From positions 1 through 48,624 of IMG/VR virus record IMGVR_UViG_3300017766_003321: a DNA stretch of 48,624 bases. One strand, given 5' to 3'. This document shows, piece after piece, positions 7,368-17,750 of this stretch (position 1 is its first letter; the number at the start of each line of letters is the position of its first letter). Made by a program: the position numbers and the translations under genes. This DNA comes from a virus. Taxonomy: Duplodnaviria > Caudoviricetes. Below the pieces are notes generated by a model. The model was not told the origin of the DNA and searched no databases. It saw only the letters and a program-made list of their open reading frames with translations.

Positions 7368-8407
7368 GCCCCGCAGAGATCGACGCCCGCGCCGACTTCG
7401 TGGACCCGGATCAACTCTGGCGTCTGTCGCACTGGGACCAGTGCACCCTGTCCGACGAGCGACGCAAGCAACTCGACGCCGGTGTGATGCTGCGGCGTCA
7501 CGCCCACCACATGCGCCGCCTGGACGCTCTGCGCGCCGCCGGCAAGAGCATGCTGATCACGCCTCTCAGCGAAAGCAGCGCTGCCTACAAGGATGTCGAG
7601 ACGCCCGACGATCACAGGCAGATGCGGGAGCGCAGCCGGGCGCGTGCAGCGCTGTGCCCCGAGACCGAGCAAGTGTGCAACGTGTGCCCGTCGGAGGGCA
7701 CGCCCTGCCAGGCGGCACACGAGGTAGTGGCACCCCCGGTGCCCGAGCTGACGATCAGCACCGAGCACGGCCCGTGGATTCCGTCAAATTACAGCGCTGA
7801 GGAAGGCGAGAAGTATTGCCAGCGGTGCCTGATGCGCCACAAGTTCTTGGGCGCGAAAGACTGCACGCCGCACATCGTCTATCCCACCGAGGCAACCCAC
7901 ACGCGGCCAGCGAGTGAGCCTGTTGCTGGCGACAACTGGGTGGGCGAAATTCTTGCAGCCTGGAATCAAGCGCACCCACGCATGGACATCTACTCGAAGC
8001 CGGGCACGCTTGTTGTTTTTGATGCCATGGGCGGTCACGACTTCGAGAAAAAGAGGGCGGAAACCGTGCTCAAAAAGCGCCACGCCTACGAAGTCTCCAT
8101 GATCGACGTTGACTCTTGCTCCAGCGCTGTGCGGCTAAAGGGGGTTGATGGTTGGTTCAATACTTGCCTGTTTGCTGCCACCCCGCAGCCAGCAGTTAAG
8201 CAGGCAGAGCCAGTGGCGCGTGATGGGTGGAAGCACGCCCCCGAGTGCGCGGCCAACATCCACCAGATCAACGCGGGCATTTGCACATGCGGGTTGCTCG
8301 CAGCCTCGCCCGCCCAGCCACGACCGCAGCCGCTGTACCCCGAGCGCGTCACGTGGACGATCGCCGAAGCCCACCACGGCATCGCTGCATGGGGGCCAAC
8401 AGAATGA
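7364..8407 (+). CDS. Mosaic hypothetical protein with several Cys clusters (347 aa)
   Basis: GGAG RBS, coupled; EPVA-type linkers. Confidence 0.7.
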   Translation: MSPAEIDARADFVDPDQLWRLSHWDQCTLSDERRKQLDAGVMLRRHAHHMRRLDALRAAGKSMLITPLSESSAAYKDVETPDDHRQMRERSRARAALCPETEQVCNVCPSEGTPCQAAHEVVAPPVPELTISTEHGPWIPSNYSAEEGEKYCQRCLMRHKFLGAKDCTPHIVYPTEATHTRPASEPVAGDNWVGEILAAWNQAHPRMDIYSKPGTLVVFDAMGGHDFEKKRAETVLKKRHAYEVSMIDVDSCSSAVRLKGVDGWFNTCLFAATPQPAVKQAEPVARDGWKHAPECAANIHQINAGICTCGLLAASPAQPRPQPLYPERVTWTIAEAHHGIAAWGPTE

Positions 8408-8502
8408 ACAGCGAATTTCTCATGGGTTTTATTGTGGGCGTGGCCTTTACCTGTTGTGCCCTCATGTTGTCCGTCGCACTTCTTACAGCGAGGTTGCCAT
8501 GA
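8404..8502 (+). CDS. 32-aa membrane peptide
   Basis: Single hydrophobic stretch; ATGA overlaps at both ends. Confidence 0.55.
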   Translation: MNSEFLMGFIVGVAFTCCALMLSVALLTARLP

Positions 8503-8723
8503 GTGGCCCTAACCAAATCGCCGTGCTGGCGTACATGCAAGCCAACCCCGACGGCGTGACGATCCCGCAGCTGCGTCGAGCAATCGGGCGCGGCACGCGC
8601 TGCGTGACCCGGGCGCTCAACGCCATTCCGCACAAGTACATTGATCGGTGGGACGGCGACACGCCTATCTACTGCCTGGCGAACGTGCCGCCGGACATGC
8701 CTCACCCCTGCGCAGCTGAGTAA
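8499..8723 (+). CDS. Small winged-HTH-like protein
   Basis: VLAYMQANPDGVTIPQLRRAIG pattern; GAGG RBS. Confidence 0.6.
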   Translation: MSGPNQIAVLAYMQANPDGVTIPQLRRAIGRGTRCVTRALNAIPHKYIDRWDGDTPIYCLANVPPDMPHPCAAE

Positions 8724-11101
8724 GCCCTGGCGATCTCCGCAGGCCCGACGAGACCCACTTGAGGGTGATCGGGCTTGACGAAGAGCCGGGGCTTTCCGCC
8801 GTCTGGCATCACGTCGTTGTTGACGCGACCGTTGCCCAGCCCGGGGTGCCAGATGTAGCCCATCCCCTCCAGCAACTCGCGGCGTGCGTTGCGTGGGATC
8901 CGGCCGTCGTTGCGGGTTCGCGCCAGCAGCGCGTCCAGCGCCATGCTCGACACCCACCCCCCTTTGAAGCCCGGCACGCCCTGGTCGATGGCCTCCAGCA
9001 CCTCGGTCTCCACATTGCCCATCGTGGCCGCCACGGCTTCGTCGCTGGTGCTGGTCTGGGGCGCACGCTGGCACAGGCCGGCGGGGTTGAACTCGGGGTC
9101 GATGGGGTAGGTGGCTAGGAAGTGCGCGACGACGCTGTAGCCGTAGCCGCGGCCAAGGTGCGCACAGGACTGCTCGCCCTTGAGCCAGTCGTAGAGGCGC
9201 CCGAAGTAGGCGCCGTCCATGCCGGCACGCGCCACGTCCTCGGCGGTCTGCTGGGCGGTGTAGAGGATGGCCAGGCGCCGGTCATTGCGCGTCTTTTGCA
9301 CGGCGCGGCGGTGGTTGGAGTTGAGCAGGAAGTTGCACACCACGTTGCGGGTGTCGGAGTCCACCCCCTTGGGCTCGATCTCCTGCATGTCACCCGTGAT
9401 CATCGGCTTGAGTGTTTCCCACACCTCGCGCTTGGACTCAGGCACATAGATGTCCTCCACGCCGATGAATATGCGGTTGAGCATCCACGAGTTGAACTGC
9501 GCATTGATGCGGTCGGCGCGTGCCCAGTGGGTGTAACGCTGGCCCACGGCCTCGGCCACGCAGCGGGTGAACAGCGTCTTGCCGTTGCCCTCGGCGCCCT
9601 GCACGAGCGGGCACCACTGGAACTTGCGGCCTTGGTACTGCACGATGGCGGCCATGTAGCTCAGCAGGATGCGCCGGTCGCGCTCGTTGGGCAAGACGAG
9701 CTCCATGTGGCGCAGGAAGAGCGCTGGGTCGCCAGGCACGTGCGTCACGTCGGCGGGCCACCAGACGTTCACCAGCGTGCGTGAGCCCTCTTGCACGATT
9801 GCCGCGGGGGGTAGGTCAGGGCGGAAGCATGTGCGGTCTGCGCGAGGCGCGCGGAATGCCTGATTCTGCGTGAAGGCCTCCCACGCATCGCGGCTAGTGC
9901 GCTGGTTGAGGTTGTCCATCATGAAGGTGTACCCCCCGTAACGGACCCGGAACCGCTCGGGGGCCAGCGTGTTGCCGCCCGGCACGAGCACGCGGTGGAG
10001 CTCGTAGATGTAGACGCAGCCCTGGAAGAAATCAACTTGGTCTGATGCCGAGAGAAAGGTGTTGCCCGTGACCAGCGTTGGCTTGTGGTGCTCCACCCCG
10101 GGCGCTGGCGGCACGCCGGGCTGCTGGAGGGGCACAGGCGCGCCGGCCACGGGTTCGATGGCCTTGTCCTGCAGCACCTGCGTCTGACGCGCCACGGCCC
10201 CGAGAATCGTGCGCTGGAGGTAGTCCTCGCGCTCCCACTTGTCGCGCTTGAGCTCTGACTGGCGCATCAGGCTCAGCATCCGCTCGCAGTTACAGCCGGT
10301 CCAGAAGGCCAAGTGGGCGGCCAGTGCAGCGTCGGCGCTGGATGCGTCGTAGGCGCGCACCGGATCGGGGTACACGGCGGTGAGCACGGTCTCGTTGCGG
10401 CTCCAGAGATCTTCAAAGGTGGCGCGGTTGGCGCCGAAGGATGCGGCGATGCTGCTCGACTGCCTGGCGCGGCGCAGCAAGTCAGTGTCGCTGGTCGGAC
10501 CACGCCACTCTGGGCGGGGCTCGGTGGTCCAGTCGGCCTCGGGCATGCCGTCACCGGCACGGGGCGGGAAATACTGCGCGACCAGGCCGGCCAGCGCCGC
10601 GGTGTGGTCAGTGCTTGCGTCACCCGCTGCCTGCGCGCCGGTGAGCGCCACAAAGCGGTACTCGGTGTAGAGCTCGATGTGCAGCGCGGTGTTTTTGCAG
10701 GCGTGGGGCGGCGCAGTGCCGCGGCCAATGATGTGCAGGCCGGTACCGGATTGCGAGACCTCCACCGCGGCGCCAGCGAATCGAGCGCACAGGTCCACCG
10801 CCAGCGGCGACCACTGCCCCGTGGAGAGGTCCAGCGCGCCGTCGATGTCGACAAAGAAAAGATCGTTGCCGGGCTGGAAGCTGAAGGCCACGCCGTAGGG
10901 TGCGCCGAGCCCGGTGGCCAGCGTGCAGGCCGTCGCAGCGTCGACCCAGGCAGACGAGTCGTGCGCGCTGATAGCCTCAAGCGAGTAGGGGTGAACAGGG
11001 ATCTTGCGCGGCTTGGGTTCGCCTGCAACGTGAGTGAGCTTGTAGAGCAGGAACTGGCGATAGGCGGCCAGATGCGCAAGGGCCGGTGGTAGCGTCAGCA
11101 C
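8702..11101 (-). CDS. Primase-polymerase (NrS-1-like) fused to a DUF5906/SF3 helicase
   Basis: FVDID, EVSQSGTGLH, IELY, DASSADAALAAHLAFW helical bundle, Walker A GAEGNGKT. Confidence 0.85.
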   Translation of the reverse strand: MLTLPPALAHLAAYRQFLLYKLTHVAGEPKPRKIPVHPYSLEAISAHDSSAWVDAATACTLATGLGAPYGVAFSFQPGNDLFFVDIDGALDLSTGQWSPLAVDLCARFAGAAVEVSQSGTGLHIIGRGTAPPHACKNTALHIELYTEYRFVALTGAQAAGDASTDHTAALAGLVAQYFPPRAGDGMPEADWTTEPRPEWRGPTSDTDLLRRARQSSSIAASFGANRATFEDLWSRNETVLTAVYPDPVRAYDASSADAALAAHLAFWTGCNCERMLSLMRQSELKRDKWEREDYLQRTILGAVARQTQVLQDKAIEPVAGAPVPLQQPGVPPAPGVEHHKPTLVTGNTFLSASDQVDFFQGCVYIYELHRVLVPGGNTLAPERFRVRYGGYTFMMDNLNQRTSRDAWEAFTQNQAFRAPRADRTCFRPDLPPAAIVQEGSRTLVNVWWPADVTHVPGDPALFLRHMELVLPNERDRRILLSYMAAIVQYQGRKFQWCPLVQGAEGNGKTLFTRCVAEAVGQRYTHWARADRINAQFNSWMLNRIFIGVEDIYVPESKREVWETLKPMITGDMQEIEPKGVDSDTRNVVCNFLLNSNHRRAVQKTRNDRRLAILYTAQQTAEDVARAGMDGAYFGRLYDWLKGEQSCAHLGRGYGYSVVAHFLATYPIDPEFNPAGLCQRAPQTSTSDEAVAATMGNVETEVLEAIDQGVPGFKGGWVSSMALDALLARTRNDGRIPRNARRELLEGMGYIWHPGLGNGRVNNDVMPDGGKPRLFVKPDHPQVGLVGPAEIARAYSAAQG

Positions 11102-11105
11102 GCGC

Positions 11106-11432
11106 TCACCCCCGAGGTGCAGCTTGATGCGAGAGGTGTGCGGCGGCGAGTTCACGCAGCGCATCGTCGGCCTTGAGCGCGTGCGGATCACGCAGCGCAA
11201 TGCCCCGGGCCACGATGGGCACGATGCGTTCCTTGACGGCTGCGCGCATCACGTCGCGGCGCAGTTGCGTGACGGTGCCGAAGTAGTGGATGACCAGGGT
11301 GTGGGTAACGCCGACGCGCTTCGCAACATCTGCCTGCGTGACTTTATCCACGCCTTTGGTCTCGGCGATGTCCAGAGCAGCCTGCAAAATCTCGGCGCGG
11401 CGTTCGCCTTTGGGGAGTCGTTGTTGTGTCAT
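11106..11432 (-). CDS. TetR-like HTH transcriptional regulator
   Basis: RRAEILQAALDIA..G...VT..DVAKRVGVT..LVIHYF. Confidence 0.85.
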   Translation of the reverse strand: MTQQRLPKGERRAEILQAALDIAETKGVDKVTQADVAKRVGVTHTLVIHYFGTVTQLRRDVMRAAVKERIVPIVARGIALRDPHALKADDALRELAAAHLSHQAAPRG

Positions 11433-11439
11433 GGTGCGC

Positions 11440-11468
11440 AGTCTATTGCTTATTTACATCGGCGTCAA
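11440..11468 (-). promoter_or_regulatory. Promoter/operator copy 2, in front of the TetR-like gene (likely leaderless mRNA)
   Basis: Minus-strand TTGACGCCGATGTAAA; TTGACG-17-TAGACT ending 8 nt before ATG 11432. Confidence 0.7.
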
Positions 11469-11823
11469 TTGCGACGGGGTGCCAGATAGGTATGCCGGCT
11501 CGCGTGAGCCTGGCGGTCATGTCGCGGGTGCCGGGTCCGCCCGGAAATCCGACAGCGTAAGTGGGCGCAGCGTACTCGATCATCCAGCCGTTGCGCACCG
11601 ACCCCGCCGCGCGGCCCATCGCTCCCCACGGTGCGTCCATCGTGATCACGGGGTATCCGCGCCCGAGGCCCCACTCGCGGCACAACGAATCGGCGCCACG
11701 CGCCCCGCCGTTGATGATGAGGTAGTCGGAACCCCAGAGCGTCGCCAGGTACATCAGCGCACCGTGCACCGTGGCCGCGTCGGAGTAGGTACGCCCGCCG
11801 TAGCAGAGCACGCGCTGGATCAT
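11443..11823 (-). CDS. SLOG-family protein (DUF2493/YspA-like)
   Basis: VLCYGGR, GGARGAD, AGSVRN, FPGGPGT motifs. Confidence 0.85.
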   Translation of the reverse strand: MIQRVLCYGGRTYSDAATVHGALMYLATLWGSDYLIINGGARGADSLCREWGLGRGYPVITMDAPWGAMGRAAGSVRNGWMIEYAAPTYAVGFPGGPGTRDMTARLTRAGIPIWHPVAIDADVNKQ

Positions 11824-12302
11824 GACGGTCTCCAATCCAAAAGCGGCGTGCCATACGCCAGCATCAACGGGTGGCGGGGTTCGCCCAGGCTGGTGCACCC
11901 CAGCGCCTTGAGTCGAAAGCCCGCATTGAGCAGCGTGATCGCCATCGCCTCGGGCTCAGGTCGACCGCGCAGCACCGCGCCCCACGCGCAGATCACGCTG
12001 CCGTCTCCGCGGCATGCGGCGTCTATCACGTGCGCATCATTGCTGGGACTGCGGGGATACCCAGCGGTCTTGAGGTCGGCGGGGTCGGTCGCGATGTAGT
12101 CAAACACGTTGACAAAGATTTGGCCGCCGTATCCGAGGCGCTTGGAGAACCCCACGCCCTTCCTCCACGTCGGGTCCGTCACATCTTCCGATGCAAGACT
12201 GGGGTTGGCCAGCACCCACACTGCCGGCCGACGCGACGCATCCCAGATCTCGCTGATCTCGTGTCGGAAGCGTAGGCAACCTGAGAACACGGCTTGCCTC
12301 AC
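11820..12302 (-). CDS. DUF1643 family protein
   Basis: LANPSLA..DPT, N.F...ATDP, ICAWG, PRHPL motifs. Confidence 0.85.
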   Translation of the reverse strand: MRQAVFSGCLRFRHEISEIWDASRRPAVWVLANPSLASEDVTDPTWRKGVGFSKRLGYGGQIFVNVFDYIATDPADLKTAGYPRSPSNDAHVIDAACRGDGSVICAWGAVLRGRPEPEAMAITLLNAGFRLKALGCTSLGEPRHPLMLAYGTPLLDWRPS

Positions 12303-12772
12303 AGCGTCCCCCTCTCGGTCACGAATCGCGCATCGCCACCCCACGCGTTGATGAGGTCGGCCCATCGCTGCTGAGCCTGCTCGCGCTCGGTGCCGGTGTA
12401 GCGCCACCCACCGGGCTTGACCTCACGCGAGACGAACCGGCCTATCACCGTGCCCACCATGCTCGGCTCGATGAGCACACGCTTGATGCCGATGAGGTCG
12501 CCCGATTTGAATCGTGCGTTGAGTTGCTTGGAGTCGTTGCACAGGCCGTACCGAACCCAGCGCCCGCTCTCGTCCTGGAGTGCTCCGACATTGTTGCGCC
12601 ACAGCTGCACCTGCTTCTCGCCGGCTTCCAGTCGCACCTGTTGCTGCACGGCGGCCTCACTGAGCGCCGTAGCGTGCGCGCCTGGTCCCGGCGGCATCAC
12701 ACCCATGCGCATGCGGAGGTCAATCAGTGCGGCCTCGGTGATGCCCCAGTCTTTGGCCCATTGGTCGATCAT
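12299..12772 (-). CDS. VRR-NUC domain nuclease
   Basis: SEAAVQ, LWRNNVG, SGDLIG, REVK, Q..W. Confidence 0.85.
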   Translation of the reverse strand: MIDQWAKDWGITEAALIDLRMRMGVMPPGPGAHATALSEAAVQQQVRLEAGEKQVQLWRNNVGALQDESGRWVRYGLCNDSKQLNARFKSGDLIGIKRVLIEPSMVGTVIGRFVSREVKPGGWRYTGTEREQAQQRWADLINAWGGDARFVTERGTL

Positions 12773-12909
12773 TTGAGTGCCCCTAGAAGCGCCAACCCGA
12801 AGCCAGTCAGGAGCCATGCGATCGCAACATTCTGGGCCAGCTTCTTAGGGACGCCGGAATGCAGGATGTAGAGCGTCGACATGAGTAGGCAAAATTGAAC
12901 GCTGGTCAT
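12769..12909 (-). CDS. Small membrane protein (46 aa)
   Basis: Two hydrophobic stretches; coupled at both ends. Confidence 0.55.
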   Translation of the reverse strand: MTSVQFCLLMSTLYILHSGVPKKLAQNVAIAWLLTGFGLALLGALK

Positions 12910-13328
12910 CGTGCCCACACTCTCTGCTCTTGACCCGTAAAGGGGTTGATGAAATCGCTTTCGTGGTTCTTCCACATCGCCGCTACATTCTTGCCGATCG
13001 TCGTGCGCCACGCTTCTGCAATCTCGCGAGCTATGCACCAGCCGTGATGCTCCGCGTGCGCTTTTTCCACGGCGCCCTCAATCCACTCGGCGAGCCTGGC
13101 ACGCGCCGCATCGCACTCGGCGTCAAGGTCAAAGGCTTTGGGCGCCGGCTCGGGCTCAATAGGCGTCAGCGTGAATTGCTGCGTGACCGTCTCGTCATAA
13201 CCCGGCTGCAGATACTGCACAAGCGTGACGCGCGGCAAGTCGTTGACTCGCAGCCGAATATCGCATTCGAGGATGTACTTGCCTTTTATGCCGAGCGCGT
13301 CGAGCACGGCTTGATTGGGGTTGGTCAC
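12906..13328 (-). CDS. Hypothetical protein (140 aa)
   Basis: Coupled ORF. Confidence 0.7.
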   Translation of the reverse strand: MTNPNQAVLDALGIKGKYILECDIRLRVNDLPRVTLVQYLQPGYDETVTQQFTLTPIEPEPAPKAFDLDAECDAARARLAEWIEGAVEKAHAEHHGWCIAREIAEAWRTTIGKNVAAMWKNHESDFINPFTGQEQRVWAR

Positions 13329-13540
13329 AGCGCCCCCAGTTCCGCACGAGCGGCGTTGAGTTGGTTCGTGAGGTCGGCGCGCAGCAACGTGCGCACGGCG
13401 GCTTGCGTCTCGGGCGTCGCGGCGTCAAAGCAATCGCCGGGTTCTCGCATGTCCGCGGTGTCGACACCCTTGACTTGATTTGCGAGCCCACGCATGCGAT
13501 AGGCAATGTTGTTGGCGTTGGACAGTTGTTGCTCGGTCAT
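13325..13540 (-). CDS. Hypothetical protein (71 aa)
   Basis: GGAG RBS, coupled. Confidence 0.65.
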   Translation of the reverse strand: MTEQQLSNANNIAYRMRGLANQVKGVDTADMREPGDCFDAATPETQAAVRTLLRADLTNQLNAARAELGAL

Positions 13541-16220
13541 GACAATTGCACTCCATGGTTGGTTAAGTCTTGCACGATGCGCTCGCGCAGCGTCTCAGCC
13601 TCGGCCCGGGGAAGCGCCCACGCACTCATCAGGTCGATGCCGAATTTAAAATAGAAGCGGGCTTCGGCCTCGGGCTGGTCGCGCCCCTGGTGCGTCTGCC
13701 ACCCGCCCCACGTGGTCATAGCGCGGCGCAGATTGTTCTGAGCCATCTGGCGCTCCCAGTGTGACTTGCGGTTGGCGCCAGCGATGATGGCGGGCAGGCC
13801 CGGCTGCGGCGAGTAGGGCGCGTCCAGCAACTCCACCTCGCCCCGCATGCGTGCAAGCACTGCCGGGTCCAACTCGCCCAGCACACCGTCGACTTGCTCG
13901 GGTGAGCCACGCCCGGCGGGCTCGTGACGGTAGCCACAGTGTGGGCATTGCAGGCGGTAGCGCTCGTAGGCCGAGGTGCACCCAAGGCACACGCGCATCG
14001 GGATGACGTCGCTCGGGCCGCCGTTGCTGCGGCGTTCGCGTCGATCCAGTGACCAGACCCGGGGCCGGTCGGGTAGCCCGTGGCGCATCACGTTGCCAAC
14101 GTGGTCCAGGATGATCGCGCGGTCTTTGCCTTCCATGGGGCGCAGTGCACGACCGAACTGCTGGGCGTACAGCGCGTAGCTCTGCGTGGGGCGGGCCATG
14201 CTCACCACCTCAATGGCCGGCAAGTCGAAGCCCTCGCCGAACAGATCGACGTTGACCAGCTGCAGCACCTCGCGGTTGCGGAAGCGGCGCAGCACCTGCG
14301 CGCGCAGCAAGTCCGGCGTCTCGGCGCTCACCACCTCGGCAGGCACCCCGGCGTCACGGTAGGCCCGTGCAAGCTCGCCAGCGCTCTCCACATCGACCGC
14401 AAAGGTGACGCCGAGCTTGCCCTGCGCCACGCGCAAGTAGTGCGCCACGACATCCCCCGTGATGTGCGACTTGTGCACGGCGGCGCGCAGCTTGGGCGGG
14501 CTGTAGTCACCCCCGGCGCTCACCGGCACGCTGGACAGGTCCAGGTCGCTCACCGGCGGCGCAAACACGCGGTACTCGGTGAGGTAGCCGTCGATGATCA
14601 ACTCGCGCATGGTCGGGCCTTCAACCATCGCATCCATGATGCCGTCGGACGACGCGCCGAGCCCTTTGCCGTCAGCGCGCACCGGTGTGGCCGTCACACC
14701 CAGCGTGCGCGCGTTGGGGAACATCTTGCTCGCGGTGCCCCACTTGTTGTCTTTGAGCACGTGGTGCGCTTCGTCCTGCACCACCAGGCCTACTTGCGCA
14801 AACCACGGGTCGCTATTCTTGTCACGCCGCACAAGCGTGTCGACACCGGCCACGGCGCAGCGCCCGCTGGGGTCAAAGTACGATCGGCCCACCTCGGCGA
14901 GGTGCAGCGCAACGCAGGCCTTGGCGACGTTGCTCGGGCCGATGACGCGGTGACGCACGCCGTTGCGAGCCAGCGCCAGGCTCATCTGCGTGACGAGCTC
15001 ACTGCGGTGAGCGATGGCCACGGTGGCGCCACGCTCACGAGCCAGCATGTGCGCAAAGATGACGGTGTTGTGGGTGACGGTGAAGTCGCCCAGCAGAAAA
15101 AGCCGATCGGTTCCGTCAATCTCAAAACCAAAGTAGTCGCCAACCCCAATAGGCTCGACGCTCAAACCCGTGAGCAACACGTCTTTGATCTGGCGGCGCG
15201 GCTCGGCTTGCTTGCGCAAGACCCGGCAGGGAATGTCCTCAATGTCTCCCGAGATCGTGCACCGAAAATAGTTGCCAGAAACGCCGTTGTTGTGGCATTT
15301 CTTGACGCACTTTTTCTTGGTTGCAGCGAACCCGAGCGAGCGAGCTAAAAACACAATGTCGTCAAACAGGCTTCATTCGACAGGGTGAGGTCGTAGGAGC
15401 CGTGCGCCAAACTGCCATCAGCGTCAAGCAAACCGGCCAGCACTAACGAACGCGTGGCCCGACTTGCCGTTTTGTAGATGTGTGGCACGTGTTTGTTGTG
15501 CAACACGCCCATTGTTCTCAGCCAGTTGTTGGGCTTTGCGCCTTTGCGGCCAGACCAACCCGGGGCGCCAAGCCGCTCGACGACATGCAGCACTTGCGAG
15601 TTTTCGGAATTGGGTTCGTAGCGAATCTGCAGGCCATTCATGCGCGCAAAAAGCTCTACCTCGCGCACGATCTCAACGTCTCCGGTCGTGATGCTCAGAC
15701 CTTTGCTGTTTCCGTCACCGAGCCACAGGCCGAAGATGTAGGGGTCCAAAGCGTAGTCGGGGAGCACGCCCCAAAAGTCAACGCCCGTGCGCCAGCCCTT
15801 TGCGCAATGCCGAAAGGTCGGAGTTGCAGCAAGGTAGTCACGCACCGAGATGTTGACAATTTTTCCAGCCTTGATGCCGCACGATCTTTTGGAACCGCCG
15901 GTCATCTTAAACGACAGAATGTGCGACTCGTTGACTACGTATGGGTCGCCTTTTTTGGGCGTCACGCGGTAGAGCATTTCCCGGCCTTGACACGTGGAAA
16001 CCACGCGGCGCGGCCAACTGTCCGGCCCCATGAGCAGTTCGCCGGGTTGTATAGTTTCGACAGCCCGAATCGTGCCGTCAAACATGAGTACAGGCGTGCC
16101 GCGCCCGAGGCACTTGCCCGACCCCGTGGGTGCCACGGCCAGCACGTTGCGATGGCCTTTGGCCCACTCAACGTCGACACCGCCGACGATGGCTTGCTGA
16201 TAGCTGCGGAGAGTAGTCAT
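13537..16220 (-). CDS. SF2 DEAH helicase interrupted by an intein, with a frameshift near 15370
   Basis: LRSYQ, APTGSGK/T, DEAHH, TATP, EGFDLP, QQFGRALR, C-terminal CxxC..CxxC; split over ORFs 15345-16220 and 13537-15354. Confidence 0.9.
15067..16112 (-). mobile_element. Intein with LAGLIDADG homing endonuclease inserted in Walker A
   Basis: GK|CLGRGTPV, block B VNESHIL, FGLWLGDG and LAGLLDADG, YFGFEIDG, THN|T. Confidence 0.95.
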
Positions 16221-16441
16221 TTGGTGGAGGCGCGAGTGTTCCAGCGGGCCAAGGCTTGCTCTTCCACCTTGGAATTGTCGGCGTACCCGCCTTTGGAATG
16301 GTTCCCGATGACGCAGAGCCGAAAGCCGCAAGCGGCGCAGCCGTAGCAAACCTGATCCGCGTAGGAAAAGCGTTCGTCAAGATGTTGCTTTTCTTTTTTA
16401 GCGGGGCCGCCACAGAACGGGCACGCTTCGGGTTTGCTCAT
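16217..16441 (-). CDS. lar: Lar-family restriction alleviation protein
   Basis: CPFCGG..CAACG..ALARWNTRA. Confidence 0.75.
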   Translation of the reverse strand: MSKPEACPFCGGPAKKEKQHLDERFSYADQVCYGCAACGFRLCVIGNHSKGGYADNSKVEEQALARWNTRASTK

Positions 16442-16452
16442 AATTGTTCCTG

Positions 16453-16482
16453 TTGACATGGATGTAAATTATGCGGCATACT
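16453..16482 (+). promoter_or_regulatory. Promoter/operator copy 3, in the divergent intergenic region
   Basis: TTGACATGGATGTAAA; TTGACA-18-CATACT. Confidence 0.8.
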
Positions 16483-16518
16483 GGCCGCCCCTGCAACAAC
16501 TTTCTTGAGGAGCCTTTC

Positions 16519-17532
16519 ATGCAAATCATCTTTGACAGCAGCACTGGAGGCAAAGACGAGCTCCGCGCGTTCATCGCTGCCATCCAGGCCTACAACACCA
16601 CGATGTGGGGCAACGGAACGCCCGTGCCGCAGGTGCTGCCGCATCCCACGACGCATCAAGTCAACGCCGAGACTCACCGTGGTGAGAATCCGCAGTTGCT
16701 CGCCTACGCGGCGGGGTCTCGGGAGAATGAAGCGCTGCGTGAAGTTGCGCCCGATCTCAGAGGCGTCAGCGTTACCCCCGGGGCGAGCGATGTCGCCAGC
16801 GCTGCCCAGCGCGCCGCAGACACCTTGGCTTTCCAGCCGGGCAACGTGGCAGCCGTTGTCCCCTCGGCTGTCGCTGCCGCAGCATCCCCAACTGTCCCCG
16901 AGGCGCCGCAGGTTGGCGTTCCACCGCCGCCGAACGTGTCACAAGCCCCTGCACCGGCGCCCACTGCGCCAGTGGTCTCTGCGGCCCCCACGACCCCTGC
17001 GCCTGGCGTGGACTCGACTGGTCTGCCGTGGGATGAGCGGATCCACGCAGCCAACAAAGGTACGAATACAGACGGCCGGTGGCGCAAAAAGAAAGGCCTC
17101 AACGACGCGGCGTTCATCGGCGCGGTGGAAGCTGAGTTGCGCACGCGTGCAACCGTAGCCACATCCCTCGCTCAGCACGCGCCGCAATTCGCTGCGGACT
17201 CCGGCGTAGCCGCCGCGCCACCCGCAACCGTGCCGCCTCCACCCGTGCTGACCGACGTTGTTGTGCCCCCACCACCCGTGGTCGCCGCTGTTGCGCCCAC
17301 CACGCCCCAGCCACCCGCAGCGCCGCCCGGCCCGGTCGCGCCTGACACGAGCACGTTCCGCGGCTTGATGGAATGGCTCACGCCACTGATGACCACGGGC
17401 AAACTCACCTTTCCGACCGTCACCGCCGCGGTGCAGTCTCACGGCCTCAGCGTGCTTTCGGACATGGCGCAACCGCAGAACGCGCACCTGGTGCCGTCGG
17501 TCTACTCCACGTTGGCTGCGAGCGTCAAATGA
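16519..17532 (+). CDS. Pro/Ala-rich replication-module protein with a D..GLPWDERIH..WRKKKG domain
   Basis: GAGGAG RBS; position upstream of DUF2800/SSB. Confidence 0.8.
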   Translation: MQIIFDSSTGGKDELRAFIAAIQAYNTTMWGNGTPVPQVLPHPTTHQVNAETHRGENPQLLAYAAGSRENEALREVAPDLRGVSVTPGASDVASAAQRAADTLAFQPGNVAAVVPSAVAAAASPTVPEAPQVGVPPPPNVSQAPAPAPTAPVVSAAPTTPAPGVDSTGLPWDERIHAANKGTNTDGRWRKKKGLNDAAFIGAVEAELRTRATVATSLAQHAPQFAADSGVAAAPPATVPPPPVLTDVVVPPPPVVAAVAPTTPQPPAAPPGPVAPDTSTFRGLMEWLTPLMTTGKLTFPTVTAAVQSHGLSVLSDMAQPQNAHLVPSVYSTLAASVK

Positions 17533-17750
17533 GGGGCTTGGTCGGACCATTCCCGGCGAGCGTCAAGCCCGCTCGACCGGGCGTGTACCGGGTCAAGGTG
17601 CCTTTTTGGCGTCGCCCATGCTATGCGCTTTGGACTAAGACGGGGTGGCGTTCTTATCGAGGCTCAGTGCCGGACGCGGCACGCGTTGTCACCTATTCCG
17701 TGGCAATGAGTGAGCCCGGCGCCCTTTGGTACGGAAGGCCCTCACCATGA
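17529..17750 (+). CDS. Hypothetical 73-aa protein (KPARPGVY..W family)
   Basis: ATGA overlaps at both ends. Confidence 0.7.
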   Translation: MRGLVGPFPASVKPARPGVYRVKVPFWRRPCYALWTKTGWRSYRGSVPDAARVVTYSVAMSEPGALWYGRPSP

